DNA of 59,994 nucleotides from an uncultured Clostridium sp. (GCA_948435735.1 CAOJGX010000001.1:1-59994), one strand, 5' to 3'; positions 1 through 8,684 are shown, counted from the first letter of the stretch. The notes: a model not told the origin generated them from the letters alone. Translations and numbers: made by a program.

Positions 1-229
1 TAATTCAAGTTCTTCTAATATTTTTTCTTCGTCAATCGTTTTTTCAAAAATATCTCTTATTTCTTTGTCTTTTTCTAAATTAAAATATAAATACTGTTCA
101 AAATTTTCTTTTCCAAACTTATCAATTATAAATGTTTTACCAATTTGCCTTACACCGAATGACCATTAATGGCTTTTGCATGCCAGATTTTTTCCAATCC
201 AATAGTTTTTTTTCAAATAATCGAATCAT
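1..229 (-). CDS. AAA+ ATPase (DUF4143-type), 5' part only (gene runs off the window start); frame broken at in-frame CGG 155-157 and continues in +1
   Basis: Own minus-strand translation from ATG at 229 gives MIRLFEKKLLDWKKSGMQKPLMVI, then CGG. The 0 frame stops 5 codons later. The +1 frame reads GVRQIGKTFIIDKFGKENFEQYLYFNLEKDKEIRDIFEKTIDEEKILEELEL to the window edge. Walker A GxxxxGKT exists only if the C of CGG is skipped. Confidence 0.6.
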
Positions 230-366
230 CTCAATTTCCCCCTATTTATTCTATTATTATCATAAAATAAAAAAATAGTCAATATTTTTGCCACTTTTTG
301 TATGATTTTTCGTCATGATTTTGCCACTTTTTGCATATATCTTTCAAATATATTTGCCACTTAAGC

Positions 367-401
367 AAAAAGAAGCTTGTAATGTATTCTTACAAACTTC
401 T
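367..401 (-). terminator. rho-independent terminator after the SpoIIID-like gene
   Basis: Minus-strand RNA agaaguuuguaa / gaauaca / uuacaagcuucu forms a 12-bp stem with one G.U, followed by a U5 run. Confidence 0.55.
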
Positions 402-424
402 TTCACATTATCATATTCAATTAA

Positions 425-712
425 TCATCTTATCACCAACCCCAACCTCACAACCGGATTCCTCTCCGCCAAGAAAACCTTCCTAATCTCAATACTTTCC
501 GGCAATATTCTCTTTTCTCCCCAACCGTTCTTTTGTGTTACTTCCATATGTACCGTACTTTTACTTATCCCAAACTTCTTCGCAGCCCCACGAACCGTGT
601 CCTTTGTATCTATTATATATTGAGCAAGTTTGATTGCTCTTTCTTCAATTGACTTTTTTCCAGTTACTGCCCTACCTGCTCTTGATAAATCATGTGAAAT
701 TATATCTTTCAT
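425..712 (-). CDS. spoIIID: SpoIIID-family helix-turn-helix transcriptional regulator
   Basis: ORF 425..736, with start moved to MKDIIS (712). IEERAIKLAQYIIDTKDTVRGAAKKFGISKSTVH matches the SpoIIID HTH signature (FGVSKSTVHKD). N-terminal extension and C-terminus are divergent. Confidence 0.6.
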   Translation of the reverse strand: MKDIISHDLSRAGRAVTGKKSIEERAIKLAQYIIDTKDTVRGAAKKFGISKSTVHMEVTQKNGWGEKRILPESIEIRKVFLAERNPVVRLGLVIR

Positions 713-868
713 AAAGAAAACCCCCAAACAAATCATTTGATAAATTGTATTCGTTTAGAAGTTGCAATAGAACTATTCATTCTTTTATTTTTGATAAGTT
801 ATTAGTATTTCCGGAATTTCTACACGTTCCATTCCGCCACTTTTAAAATTCACAGGCTTTACTCCCCC

Positions 869-1885
869 CTATAAATTATTTCTATCAATAAATGTTCCCA
901 ACTCAATTTCTCCATCACAATCAAGAATATTTACTTCTTTATATTGGGCTATATCAAAATGATATAATTCTTTAACTTTCGTTACTACATGCTCCATAAA
1001 TTTTGCAACATCTTTATCAGTCGTATAACTTTCTGTTTTAAATTGCATATTTGCGTCAGATCCAAAAGTTGCACCATTTACATTAATATTGATACAAGGA
1101 TTTTCCAAAAGTAAGCCTTTCATTGACTTTCCAGTATGATTTCTTAGATGTCGATTAGCAAAAAAACTTCCAGCATTTCCTTCTTTATAATTAATTTTTA
1201 AGGCACCTATTCTTTCTTCAATTTGAGCATTATAAAATTTCTCCACTTCTTCTTTTCCTATATAATCAGCTTTCAAAACAACTTCTTTTACAAAATACCT
1301 CATTTTTGTCTTATTTTGTTGTTTTATAAAACTATCTCGAATACCAAAAAAATTCTCATCTGGTATCATTTCTATAAAATCTCCAAGTTCAAAATCATAA
1401 ACCATAATTTTTTTTACAAAGTCTGAAAAGTGTTTCGAATAGTCTTTACTAATGACACTTGGATAACTCGAATTGCCAACAACTCCACCTCCAATAACCC
1501 CAGGAATTCCTGTTAAAGCAGAAAAATCATATCCCATTTCTTTGGTATGATTAACAAATGCACTTACGAAAAGATTTGACGTTACTTTAAATTCTTCTGT
1601 TTCTTTCTTGAATTCTATTTTTGCATTTTTTGTATCAACATCTATATATAAACCATCATATCCATTATCTGTTATGTATAAATTTGTATGAACTCCATAA
1701 ATTCTAAAAGGCAAATTTTGTTGATACATTTCATGTAAAACCTTTAAATCTTCTTTTAAATTTTCATCAAATTTTAGCATATAATATCCTTTTGCATTTC
1801 CAGTTTTCTTCTTGTAAAGATGTTTACTTTGTAAATTATAATTATATTCAATACCTCGACTAAATGTATCAAAAATTTTTTCCAT
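869..1885 (-). CDS. MurB-like FAD-binding protein (UDP-N-acetylenolpyruvoylglucosamine reductase family, divergent)
   Basis: 338 aa. GIPGVIGGGVVGNSS and NAGSFFAN resemble MurB motifs GIPGTVGGAxxMNAG and SAGSxFKNP. SD ggaggt lies upstream of ATG 1885. Confidence 0.55.
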   Translation of the reverse strand: MEKIFDTFSRGIEYNYNLQSKHLYKKKTGNAKGYYMLKFDENLKEDLKVLHEMYQQNLPFRIYGVHTNLYITDNGYDGLYIDVDTKNAKIEFKKETEEFKVTSNLFVSAFVNHTKEMGYDFSALTGIPGVIGGGVVGNSSYPSVISKDYSKHFSDFVKKIMVYDFELGDFIEMIPDENFFGIRDSFIKQQNKTKMRYFVKEVVLKADYIGKEEVEKFYNAQIEERIGALKINYKEGNAGSFFANRHLRNHTGKSMKGLLLENPCININVNGATFGSDANMQFKTESYTTDKDVAKFMEHVVTKVKELYHFDIAQYKEVNILDCDGEIELGTFIDRNNL

Positions 1886-2034
1886 GATTAACCTCCTGTT
1901 TCAAATCTTAAAATATCGATTCCATTTTTCCTTGCCATACTCTTCTTCATCTTGTCTTTTTCCAATTTTACCATATCTTTCCCAAAAAATAAAGTACTTC
2001 AAGCATATTTTCAGGATAAAGACATGAAAAAATC

Positions 2035-2063
2035 TTGCAAAATCTTACAAAATAATATATAAT
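2035..2063 (+). promoter_or_regulatory. sigma-A type promoter for purE-purC-purN
   Basis: TTGCAA (2035-2040), 17-nt spacer, TATAAT (2058-2063), about 38 nt before the purE ATG. The leader is too short for a riboswitch. Confidence 0.5.
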
Positions 2064-2100
2064 TTTATTATCAAAAAAAACAATAAGGAGGATTTTACCT

Positions 2101-2619
2101 ATGCAAAACCTTGATGTAGCTATCATTATGGGCAGTGATTCCGATTTACCTATCATGAAAGACGCTGCCAAATTCCTAAACGATATGGGAATTCAATACG
2201 AAGTAAAAATTCTTTCTGTCCACAGAACCCCTGAAAAAGCCCTTGAATATGCAGAAGAATTAAAAAAACGCAACGTAAAAGTCATTATTGGAGGAGCTGG
2301 CGGAGCAGCACATTTGCCTGGAGTCATTGCCGCTTTAGTTCCAGTACCAGTTATCGGTGTCCCAATTCACACCAAAACCTTAAGTGGTGTAGATTCGCTT
2401 TACTCCATTGTGCAAATGCCTTCTGGTATCCCTGTTGCAACCGTTGCCATCAATGGAGCCAAAAACGCTGCCATTTTAGCAGCTACCATTTTAGGAACTT
2501 CTGACGAAACCATGAAACAAAAAATCATTGACTTCAAAGCATCCCTAAAAGACGCCGTTTTAGCCAAAGACGAAAAATTGCAAGCACAAGGATATGAAGA
2601 ATATATGAAAAATATGTAA
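2101..2619 (+). CDS. purE: N5-carboxyaminoimidazole ribonucleotide mutase
   Basis: 172 aa. VAIIMGSDSDLPIM...SVHRTPE...GGAGGAAHLPGV is the canonical PurE pattern. SD aaggagg upstream. Confidence 0.95.
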   Translation: MQNLDVAIIMGSDSDLPIMKDAAKFLNDMGIQYEVKILSVHRTPEKALEYAEELKKRNVKVIIGGAGGAAHLPGVIAALVPVPVIGVPIHTKTLSGVDSLYSIVQMPSGIPVATVAINGAKNAAILAATILGTSDETMKQKIIDFKASLKDAVLAKDEKLQAQGYEEYMKNM

Positions 2620-2653
2620 ATTTTATGTAAATTTTTGAAAGGAACCAAAAACC

Positions 2654-3514
2654 ATGATCAAAAAATTAAGCAGCGGAAAAGTTCGCGAAATCTATGAAAT
2701 TGACGGAGACAAACTATTCTTAGTCGTATCTGACAGAATCTCAGCCTTTGACTATATCCTACCTTCTCCGATTCCTAACAAAGGAAAAATCCTAAACCAA
2801 ATCTCCAAATTCTGGTTTGACTTTGCCCAAGACATCGTACCAAATCACATTATTTCAACAGATACCAAAGATTTTCCTCAAGAATTCCAAACCCCAGAAT
2901 TTGAAGGTCGCTCCATGCTTGTCAAAAAGCTAAAAATGCTTCCTGTTGAATGTATTGTAAGAGGCTATATTACAGGCTCTGGCTGGAAAAGTTATCAAGA
3001 AAATGGAACCGTTTGTGGCATTACTTTGCCAGAAGGTTTGCAAGAATCAGAAAAATTGCCAGAAGCCATTTTTACCCCTTCTACCAAAGCTGAAATTGGT
3101 GAACACGATGAAAATATTTCATTTGAAAAAGTAGTCGAAATGTTAGGCTTCGAATTAGCCACCAAATTACGTGACAAAACCCTAGAAATTTATTCAAAAT
3201 GTGCTGAATATGCAGCCCAAAAAGGTGTTCTAATTGCCGATACAAAATTTGAATTTGGTTTAGATGAAAATGGTGAACTCGTTTTAGCCGATGAAGTTCT
3301 AACACCTGATTCAAGTAGATTTTGGCCAGCCCAAGATTACCAAGTAGGTCGTTCTCAAAAAAGTTTTGACAAACAATATTTACGTGATTGGATCAAATCC
3401 AGTGGTTACAATCCAGAAACTGGCTCACCAATTCCAGACGATGTTATCCAAACAACTGCCGACAAATACGCCGAAGCCTTTGAAATCATTACTGGCAAAA
3501 AATTTGAAAAATAA
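2654..3514 (+). CDS. purC: phosphoribosylaminoimidazole-succinocarboxamide (SAICAR) synthase
   Basis: 286 aa. GKVREIYEIDGDKLFLVVSDRISAFD and LADTKFEFG motifs. Confidence 0.95.
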   Translation: MIKKLSSGKVREIYEIDGDKLFLVVSDRISAFDYILPSPIPNKGKILNQISKFWFDFAQDIVPNHIISTDTKDFPQEFQTPEFEGRSMLVKKLKMLPVECIVRGYITGSGWKSYQENGTVCGITLPEGLQESEKLPEAIFTPSTKAEIGEHDENISFEKVVEMLGFELATKLRDKTLEIYSKCAEYAAQKGVLIADTKFEFGLDENGELVLADEVLTPDSSRFWPAQDYQVGRSQKSFDKQYLRDWIKSSGYNPETGSPIPDDVIQTTADKYAEAFEIITGKKFEK

Positions 3515-3518
3515 AACT

Positions 3519-3547
3519 GTAGGGGTACGATTCATCGTGCCCACATC
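3519..3547 (+). repeat. GC-rich intercistronic hairpin repeat, copy A (GTAGGGGT..GCCCAC family)
   Basis: gtaggggtacgattcatcgtgcccacatc. The stem GGGTACGA/TCGTGCCC (8 bp) sits between the purC stop and the purN SD. Related copies are at 11989 and 16409. Confidence 0.7.
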
Positions 3548-3565
3548 AAAACAAGGAGAAAAACC

Positions 3566-4132
3566 ATGTATCATTTAGTCGTTTTTGCCTCAGGTGGAGG
3601 CACAACCTTACAAGCAATCATCAACGCAATAGAAAAGAACGAATTAGACTGTCAAATTAATCTAGTCATTTCTAATTCACCCGATGCATATGCTTTAGAA
3701 CGCGCCAAAAACGCTGGCATTGAAACCTATGTTATTCAAAACAAAACAGCAGATGCCATCGATACAGAATTAGAAAATTTGCTAGCTCAATACGACATTG
3801 ATTTAATTGTTTTAGCTGGTTATTTAAAGAAAATCGGGTCCAAATTGGTAGACAACTATACGATTATTAATACCCATCCCTCCCTCATTCCAAAATTTTG
3901 TGGAAAAGGCATGTATGGCATGAAAGTACATGAAGCAGTTGTATCCGCAGGAGAAAAAATAAGTGGCGCAACGGTTCACTATGTAAACAATCAATATGAT
4001 GAAGGAAATATCATTGCACAAACACAAATTGACGTTTTGCCAACCGATACACCTGATGATGTGGCTGAAAAAGTAAAGGCTGCAGAGAAAATCCAGTTGA
4101 TTGAGGTCATACAAGACTTGAGTAAAAAATAA
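3566..4132 (+). CDS. purN: phosphoribosylglycinamide formyltransferase
   Basis: 188 aa. VVFASGGGTTLQAII, NTHPSLIPKFCG and GATVHYV motifs. Confidence 0.9.
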   Translation: MYHLVVFASGGGTTLQAIINAIEKNELDCQINLVISNSPDAYALERAKNAGIETYVIQNKTADAIDTELENLLAQYDIDLIVLAGYLKKIGSKLVDNYTIINTHPSLIPKFCGKGMYGMKVHEAVVSAGEKISGATVHYVNNQYDEGNIIAQTQIDVLPTDTPDDVAEKVKAAEKIQLIEVIQDLSKK

Positions 4133-4135
4133 TCC

Positions 4136-4172
4136 AAAAAGGAATAAGTTTTTAGCAAACTCATTCCTTTTT
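4136..4172. terminator. bidirectional rho-independent terminator between convergent purN and the alcohol dehydrogenase gene
   Basis: aaaaaggaataagttt-ttagc-aaactcattccttttt: 11-bp stem with 1 mismatch, flanked by an A-run and a T-run. Confidence 0.75.
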
Positions 4173-4177
4173 TCACT

Positions 4178-5347
4178 TTATAAACACATTTTATAAATCT
4201 TTACAATATCTTTCTGGTCTAATGGTTTAAAAGCTGGAATTACCGCTCCACCACAGGCCTTCTGTGCCATTATTTCAAATTTTGAATCATCAATTCCTAT
4301 TTCTGATAAAGTTTTATTTAATTTTAGTTCTTTGAACAAAAAATCAGCCAACAATTGAATTGCTTTTTTAGCAACTTCCATTTGCGGAAGTTTTTTATCA
4401 AGGTCAAATACATTGATACCAAATTGATAAAATTTTGAAACCGTGGTTTCATCTAAAACATATTCCATCCAACGTGGTGTTAGAATTGCTAAACCTAAAC
4501 CGTGCGTAATATCATAATAAGCCGACAATTGATGTTCCATGGCATGACAACTCCAACTTTGTGTTTTTCCACACCTTACAAAACCGTTCAAAGCCCAAGA
4601 AGAAGCCCACATCAAATTACTACGTGCTTCATAATTTTCTGGTTCTTTTAGTGCAATTGGTGCATACTTTAAGACGGTTTTCATTAAACCTTCCATAATT
4701 GTATCTAACATATACATATCTTCTTTTATATTAAAATAGATTTCAAGAATATGCGATAAAATATCAGCTGAACCGCATGCAGTTTGGTAAGCATTGACCG
4801 TGTAAGTATTCGTTGGGTCTAAAAAGGAAACCTTTGGTAGCATCAGTGGACTTTTTATTCCCTTTTTATCTTGTACCTCTAAGTTACTAATAACTGCTGT
4901 TCCATTCATTTCTGAAGCAGTTGCGGCCAAAGTTAAAACCGTGATAATTGGTAAACAATTTGTTACTTTCGCTTGTTTTGTAACCAAATCCCAGCAATCC
5001 CCATCATAAAACGTGGCTGCACCAATTACTTTTGTAGCATCAATTGTTGAGCCTCCGCCAACTGCTAGCAAGACGTCTATTTTTTCTTTTTTGCAAATTT
5101 GAGCCGCAGCATTTATCGAAGTATGACGTGGATTTGGTTCAATTCCGCCAAATTCAAATAATTCTAGCCCTGCTTGTTTGATTTCTTTTACAATTTCATC
5201 ATACAAACCAATTTTCTTAATAGATCCTCCGCCATATGTTAGTAACACGCGATTTCCATATTTTTTCAGTTCCTCGCCTAAATAGGATAATTGATTTTCT
5301 CCAAAATATACTTTTGTGGGAATATCATAAATAAAATTTGTATTCAT
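4178..5347 (-). CDS. iron-containing alcohol dehydrogenase (butanol dehydrogenase/YqhD-like)
   Basis: 389 aa. VLLTYGGGSIKK, LAVGGGSTIDATK and HAMEHQLSAYYDITHG are typical of the Fe-ADH family. Confidence 0.9.
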   Translation of the reverse strand: MNTNFIYDIPTKVYFGENQLSYLGEELKKYGNRVLLTYGGGSIKKIGLYDEIVKEIKQAGLELFEFGGIEPNPRHTSINAAAQICKKEKIDVLLAVGGGSTIDATKVIGAATFYDGDCWDLVTKQAKVTNCLPIITVLTLAATASEMNGTAVISNLEVQDKKGIKSPLMLPKVSFLDPTNTYTVNAYQTACGSADILSHILEIYFNIKEDMYMLDTIMEGLMKTVLKYAPIALKEPENYEARSNLMWASSWALNGFVRCGKTQSWSCHAMEHQLSAYYDITHGLGLAILTPRWMEYVLDETTVSKFYQFGINVFDLDKKLPQMEVAKKAIQLLADFLFKELKLNKTLSEIGIDDSKFEIMAQKACGGAVIPAFKPLDQKDIVKIYKMCL

Positions 5348-5380
5348 TATTTATACCTCATAGTCTTTCTTATACCATTT

Positions 5381-5641
5381 TTATTTCTTGTAATGAGTTC
5401 TACATTGAGATATCTCAAGAACATCATTCTTTATTCTATATACAATTCTATTTTGGTCATCAATTCTTCTACTCCAGAAACCAGACAAATCATGTTTCAA
5501 AGGTTCTGGCTTCCCTAATCCTTCAAAAGGATTTCTTTCAATATCCTTAATCAAAAGATTAATTCTTTTCAAAGTTCTTTTATCCTGTGTTTGCCAATAA
5601 AGATAATCTTCCCAAGCCTCTTCATCCCAAATTTTTTGCAT
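5381..5641 (-). CDS. yoeB: Txe/YoeB family type II toxin
   Basis: 86 aa. WEDYLYWQTQDKRTLKRINLLIKDIERNPFEGLGKPEPLKHDLSGFWSRRIDDQNRIVY is a near-canonical YoeB sequence. Confidence 0.9.
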   Translation of the reverse strand: MQKIWDEEAWEDYLYWQTQDKRTLKRINLLIKDIERNPFEGLGKPEPLKHDLSGFWSRRIDDQNRIVYRIKNDVLEISQCRTHYKK

Positions 5642-5901
5642 TATTTCTCATCCTCAATTAACTCATGTTCAATCCCTTTACCCTCATCAAGATTTCTCAT
5701 TGCTCTTTTTAAATGTACAATGTTTTCTTCTGAATAAAAAGGGTCTGTTGTTATTTTAAATGGTATCTGTTTTTCTCTTACAACTGTCGATACAAATATA
5801 TTAATAGCAGTTGATATATTCATACCTGTCTCATTACAAAACTTCTCAAAGTCTTTTTTTAAATCCTCATCAATACGAACATTAATCGTAGTTTGTGCCA
5901 T
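5641..5901 (-). CDS. type II antitoxin, RelB/DinJ-type ribbon-helix-helix N-terminus
   Basis: Start moved to MAQTTINVRIDEDLKKDF (5901). Its stop TAA shares one base with the yoeB ATG (5641). Confidence 0.8.
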   Translation of the reverse strand: MAQTTINVRIDEDLKKDFEKFCNETGMNISTAINIFVSTVVREKQIPFKITTDPFYSEENIVHLKRAMRNLDEGKGIEHELIEDEK

Positions 5902-6010
5902 ATTTCTCAATCTCCTTTCAATATAGTATATACATTGTATCACAAAATATACACATTGTCAATACATCTTTCGGCACTATTTTTTGTTATAAAACACACC
6001 GGACTTCCTT

Positions 6011-6568
6011 TTATTTCAACAACTTCTCATTCAACTTTCGATAAATCCTCTCACACATCCATTTTTCCTCTGACATTTTCTCAACCTCTTCTATTTTCAC
6101 CCATTTTACGCCACTGTTTTCATCTTCTTTTATCCTCAAAACTTCATTTTCGGCCACTTCTAAAAGATAAGTGAAATTCAAATGCAGATGGGACGATACA
6201 TATTTTCCTTTTTTCACATGTCCATCTACTGTAAGAATTTCTAACGAAAAAAAAGCTGGTTTTACAATTTTCACATTTTCTACACCCGTTTCCTCTTTCA
6301 ATTCTCGCACTGCAACATTTAATAAATCACTTTCTCCATCCGCATGACCGCCAGACCATGCCCAAGATTGATAGATATTATGATAAATCATCAAAACTTT
6401 GGTTCGTTCTCGATTCACTGCCCAAGAAGATGCTGTGAAATGGCAACATTCGTTGTTTCTAGTTAGGACATCATCAAATGTATCAATATAATTTAGTATG
6501 GTTTGTTTGTCTTTTGCTTCTTGTTCATTAAACGGTTTATAATTTTGGATTTGTTGTTTAAAATTCAT
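6011..6568 (-). CDS. NUDIX hydrolase
   Basis: 185 aa. Nudix box GGHADGESDLLNVAVRELKEETGV. Confidence 0.9.
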   Translation of the reverse strand: MNFKQQIQNYKPFNEQEAKDKQTILNYIDTFDDVLTRNNECCHFTASSWAVNRERTKVLMIYHNIYQSWAWSGGHADGESDLLNVAVRELKEETGVENVKIVKPAFFSLEILTVDGHVKKGKYVSSHLHLNFTYLLEVAENEVLRIKEDENSGVKWVKIEEVEKMSEEKWMCERIYRKLNEKLLK

Positions 6569-6600
6569 AATTTGCTCCTCGCTTAAATTTTAACTAAATC

Positions 6601-6627
6601 GAACAATTAAGGATTCCTTAATTGTTC
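6601..6627. repeat. 27-bp perfect palindrome, copy 1 (gaacaattaaggattccttaattgttc)
   Basis: Perfect dyad. Lies 33 nt upstream (minus sense) of the NUDIX ATG and just after the ITPase stop. Confidence 0.9.
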
Positions 6628-6640
6628 AAATTATTTATCT

Positions 6641-7219
6641 TTAGATCTCTTCAGTTCCCTCAAACCACTCTGCAAATACTTTCAAAGCTTCTTGCGAGCC
6701 GTCAATTTTTCGTCTTTGTTCGCGTTCGGTCTCGTTCATTTGTGCCAAAGTTTTTTCAAAATGTTTTGGCTTAAAAACATACCACAAATCCGACCATTTC
6801 TCATGTCTGTCTTGCCCCTCAACTTCATAGGCTATTTCTCCCGGATGCCTTCCATAAAAATAACGAATCTCCTCCCCATCATAATACGCCAAAACTTCCT
6901 CAAATCGACAATCTCGATTTTCTTGATTTTCCATCAATTTCAAAATCCCATCAATACCAATGGTTTCTAATGCAAAATTCACAAATGTTTTGGGAAAACC
7001 GTTTAAGGCATCAATAAAAAATCCCGTATCCAATGCAATACATGGCTTTTTGACAAGGCTATACGCTTGTTTGACTTTGGCTGTTGCAATTTCTTTTAAA
7101 TCCTCGCTTCGTGGTTCATCGAGTTCAAAATCATAAGTGGTAAATTTAATATTTTTGAAATATTTTTCGGCTGATTTGGCTTTGCCTTTGTTGTGTGTTA
7201 CAAAAACAAGTTCTTTCAT
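6641..7219 (-). CDS. non-canonical purine NTP pyrophosphatase (Ham1/ITPase family)
   Basis: ORF 6641..7243, with start moved to MKELVFVTHNKGK (7219), which has SD aaaggag. FVTxNxGK plus the later family pattern. Confidence 0.7.
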   Translation of the reverse strand: MKELVFVTHNKGKAKSAEKYFKNIKFTTYDFELDEPRSEDLKEIATAKVKQAYSLVKKPCIALDTGFFIDALNGFPKTFVNFALETIGIDGILKLMENQENRDCRFEEVLAYYDGEEIRYFYGRHPGEIAYEVEGQDRHEKWSDLWYVFKPKHFEKTLAQMNETEREQRRKIDGSQEALKVFAEWFEGTEEI

Positions 7220-7249
7220 GGTTTGCTCCTTTTCAATTTCCACTAAATC

Positions 7250-7276
7250 GAACTATTAAGGATTCCTTAATAGTTC
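7250..7276. repeat. 27-bp perfect palindrome, copy 2 (gaactattaaggattccttaatagttc)
   Basis: Perfect dyad, 31 nt upstream of the ITPase start. Confidence 0.9.
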
Positions 7277-7309
7277 AATTTTCCCTTTATTTATAGGTAT
7301 TGTACGATA

Positions 7310-7648
7310 TTAAAAATTTTCTTCATCAATCAAAGGAACTATATCAATTGCAGGTTCTTCATAAGGATGAACTTCCCTTAATCTTTTTAACACTCTTTTT
7401 ACAATTTTAACATCACATCTTACTTCTAATTTTTCCTCTTCTACAAATTCTAATTTATTATTCTTACCAATATACGGATTGGCTTTATCAGAAGGTTTAA
7501 AAGTTCCTATACATTTAGTTGCTATCGTACAATACGTATAATTTCCTATAATTCCAGCACCTTCATTACAAATAGCCTCTCTTATTTCTTTACTATTTTC
7601 GATTGGCACAGTTACTATAATTTTTACTTTCTTAACATCAAACTTCAT
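7310..7648 (-). CDS. small PII-like protein resembling the NIF3/YqfO insert domain
   Basis: 112 aa. KIIVTVP...EAI...VHPYEEPAIDIVPL resembles the HPYEEPAYD motif of the NIF3 insert domain. Family call from memory only. Confidence 0.4.
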   Translation of the reverse strand: MKFDVKKVKIIVTVPIENSKEIREAICNEGAGIIGNYTYCTIATKCIGTFKPSDKANPYIGKNNKLEFVEEEKLEVRCDVKIVKRVLKRLREVHPYEEPAIDIVPLIDEENF

Positions 7649-7744
7649 ATTTTCTCCTTCCCTCCAAATTCTCTCTTTTCAATGGTAACTTGCATCTCAC
7701 AAATCTTCACTTCTTGTTCCTTGTTCAATTTTTACACTTAAATC

Positions 7745-7771
7745 GAACAATTAAGGATTCCTTAATCGTTC
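7745..7771. repeat. 27-bp palindrome, copy 3 (gaacaattaaggattccttaatcgttc, one arm mismatch)
   Basis: Same element, immediately downstream of the broken MNT gene. Confidence 0.85.
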
Positions 7772-7788
7772 ATTTTTTCCTTTAATCT

Positions 7789-8081
7789 CTATTCAGCACA
7801 ATATAATAAAACCTCTTCTAAATTTTCCCCTTCTAATAAAGAACCTTTTATACTATCTGTTGTTATAATATCTACTTGTTTTTCTAAAGCTTCTTCTAAT
7901 GCAAATTTAACCTCTACTATTTTAAATCCGCCCAATACGTCTTCTGTTCTACAATAATATCTATATCACTATCTTCTTTTTGTTTTTTCTTTGCATAGGA
8001 ACCAAATATCCAAACATATACCAAATGATACTTTTCAGCAACTGGTTTTATTTTTTCTTTTATTTTTTCTAATTCAGACAT
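7789..8081 (-). pseudogene. MNT-type nucleotidyltransferase (HEPN/MNT antitoxin-like), frameshifted
   Basis: Own translation from ATG 8081 gives MSELEKIKEKIKPVAEKYHLVYVWIFGSYAKKKQKEDSDIDIIVEQ..stop. It continues in another frame as EDVLGGFKIVEVKFALEEALEKQVDIITTDSIK...CAE. One nucleotide is missing near 7950. This is not a CGG site. Confidence 0.7.
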
Positions 8082-8122
8082 TATATCACCTCATCTAGTA
8101 TTTCTTTACAAAATTCTTTTAT

Positions 8123-8674
8123 TTATAGGTATTGTACAAGTTCTTCCAAAGTATCAAATCCACTTTCACTGTTGATGTGACCTGCATTGGGTAGAAACAC
8201 TTGCTCTGTGGCAATGGTATCTGCAAAGTCTTTTTCTGCTTCCTGTTTTACATAAGGATCATTGTCAGAATAAAAACAAATAATCTCATTGGCGTATCGT
8301 TTTACGTCTGCTAGCTTGTCAAAATACATAGATTGATTAACACTGTCGTATTCTTTATTAATGCCAAAATAATGATTAAATCCACATACAAAAATTAACT
8401 TTTTGACTTTGCATTTGTTCTCTGTCAAAAATTTCGCAATAAACACAGGTGCAATACTGTGACCTATGATTGTTGTCTGTTCATTGATTAAGCCTAAATC
8501 CACATAATATTTTAATAACTTGCTCCAATTTTCATAATTTTGCAAACCAACTCCAATGGGAAAATTCGGTACATAAACTTGTTTTCCTTCACCTTGAATA
8601 AAGTCATGTAACCATGGAAGCCAATTGGAGTATGGAGTGCTGAATGAGCCGTGAATGATAAAATAATTTTGCAT
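8123..8674 (-). CDS. alpha/beta hydrolase (YdeN/RBBP9-like serine hydrolase)
   Basis: 183 aa. FIIHGSFSTP, nucleophile elbow IIGHSIA, and a late D/H (SDNDPYV, NAGHIN). Confidence 0.7.
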   Translation of the reverse strand: MQNYFIIHGSFSTPYSNWLPWLHDFIQGEGKQVYVPNFPIGVGLQNYENWSKLLKYYVDLGLINEQTTIIGHSIAPVFIAKFLTENKCKVKKLIFVCGFNHYFGINKEYDSVNQSMYFDKLADVKRYANEIICFYSDNDPYVKQEAEKDFADTIATEQVFLPNAGHINSESGFDTLEELVQYL

Positions 8675-8684
8675 TTTTTCCTCC

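Noticed and set aside
425-470. A ninth CGG/+1 site in the divergent C-terminus of the SpoIIID-like gene (aaccgg at 452-457)
   Set aside because: The CGG there is out of frame (AAU CCG GUU), and no alternative frame gives a better SpoIIID-like continuation.
1886-2100. Purine riboswitch or T-box leader upstream of purE
   Set aside because: The putative promoter leaves only about 38 nt of leader. I could not find the conserved purine-riboswitch junction sequences by eye.
7921-7960. MNT frameshift as another CGG event (ggcgga at 7926-7931)
   Set aside because: The CGG is out of frame in both reading frames. The two halves differ by a missing base (-1/+2), not by an extra C before a Gly codon.
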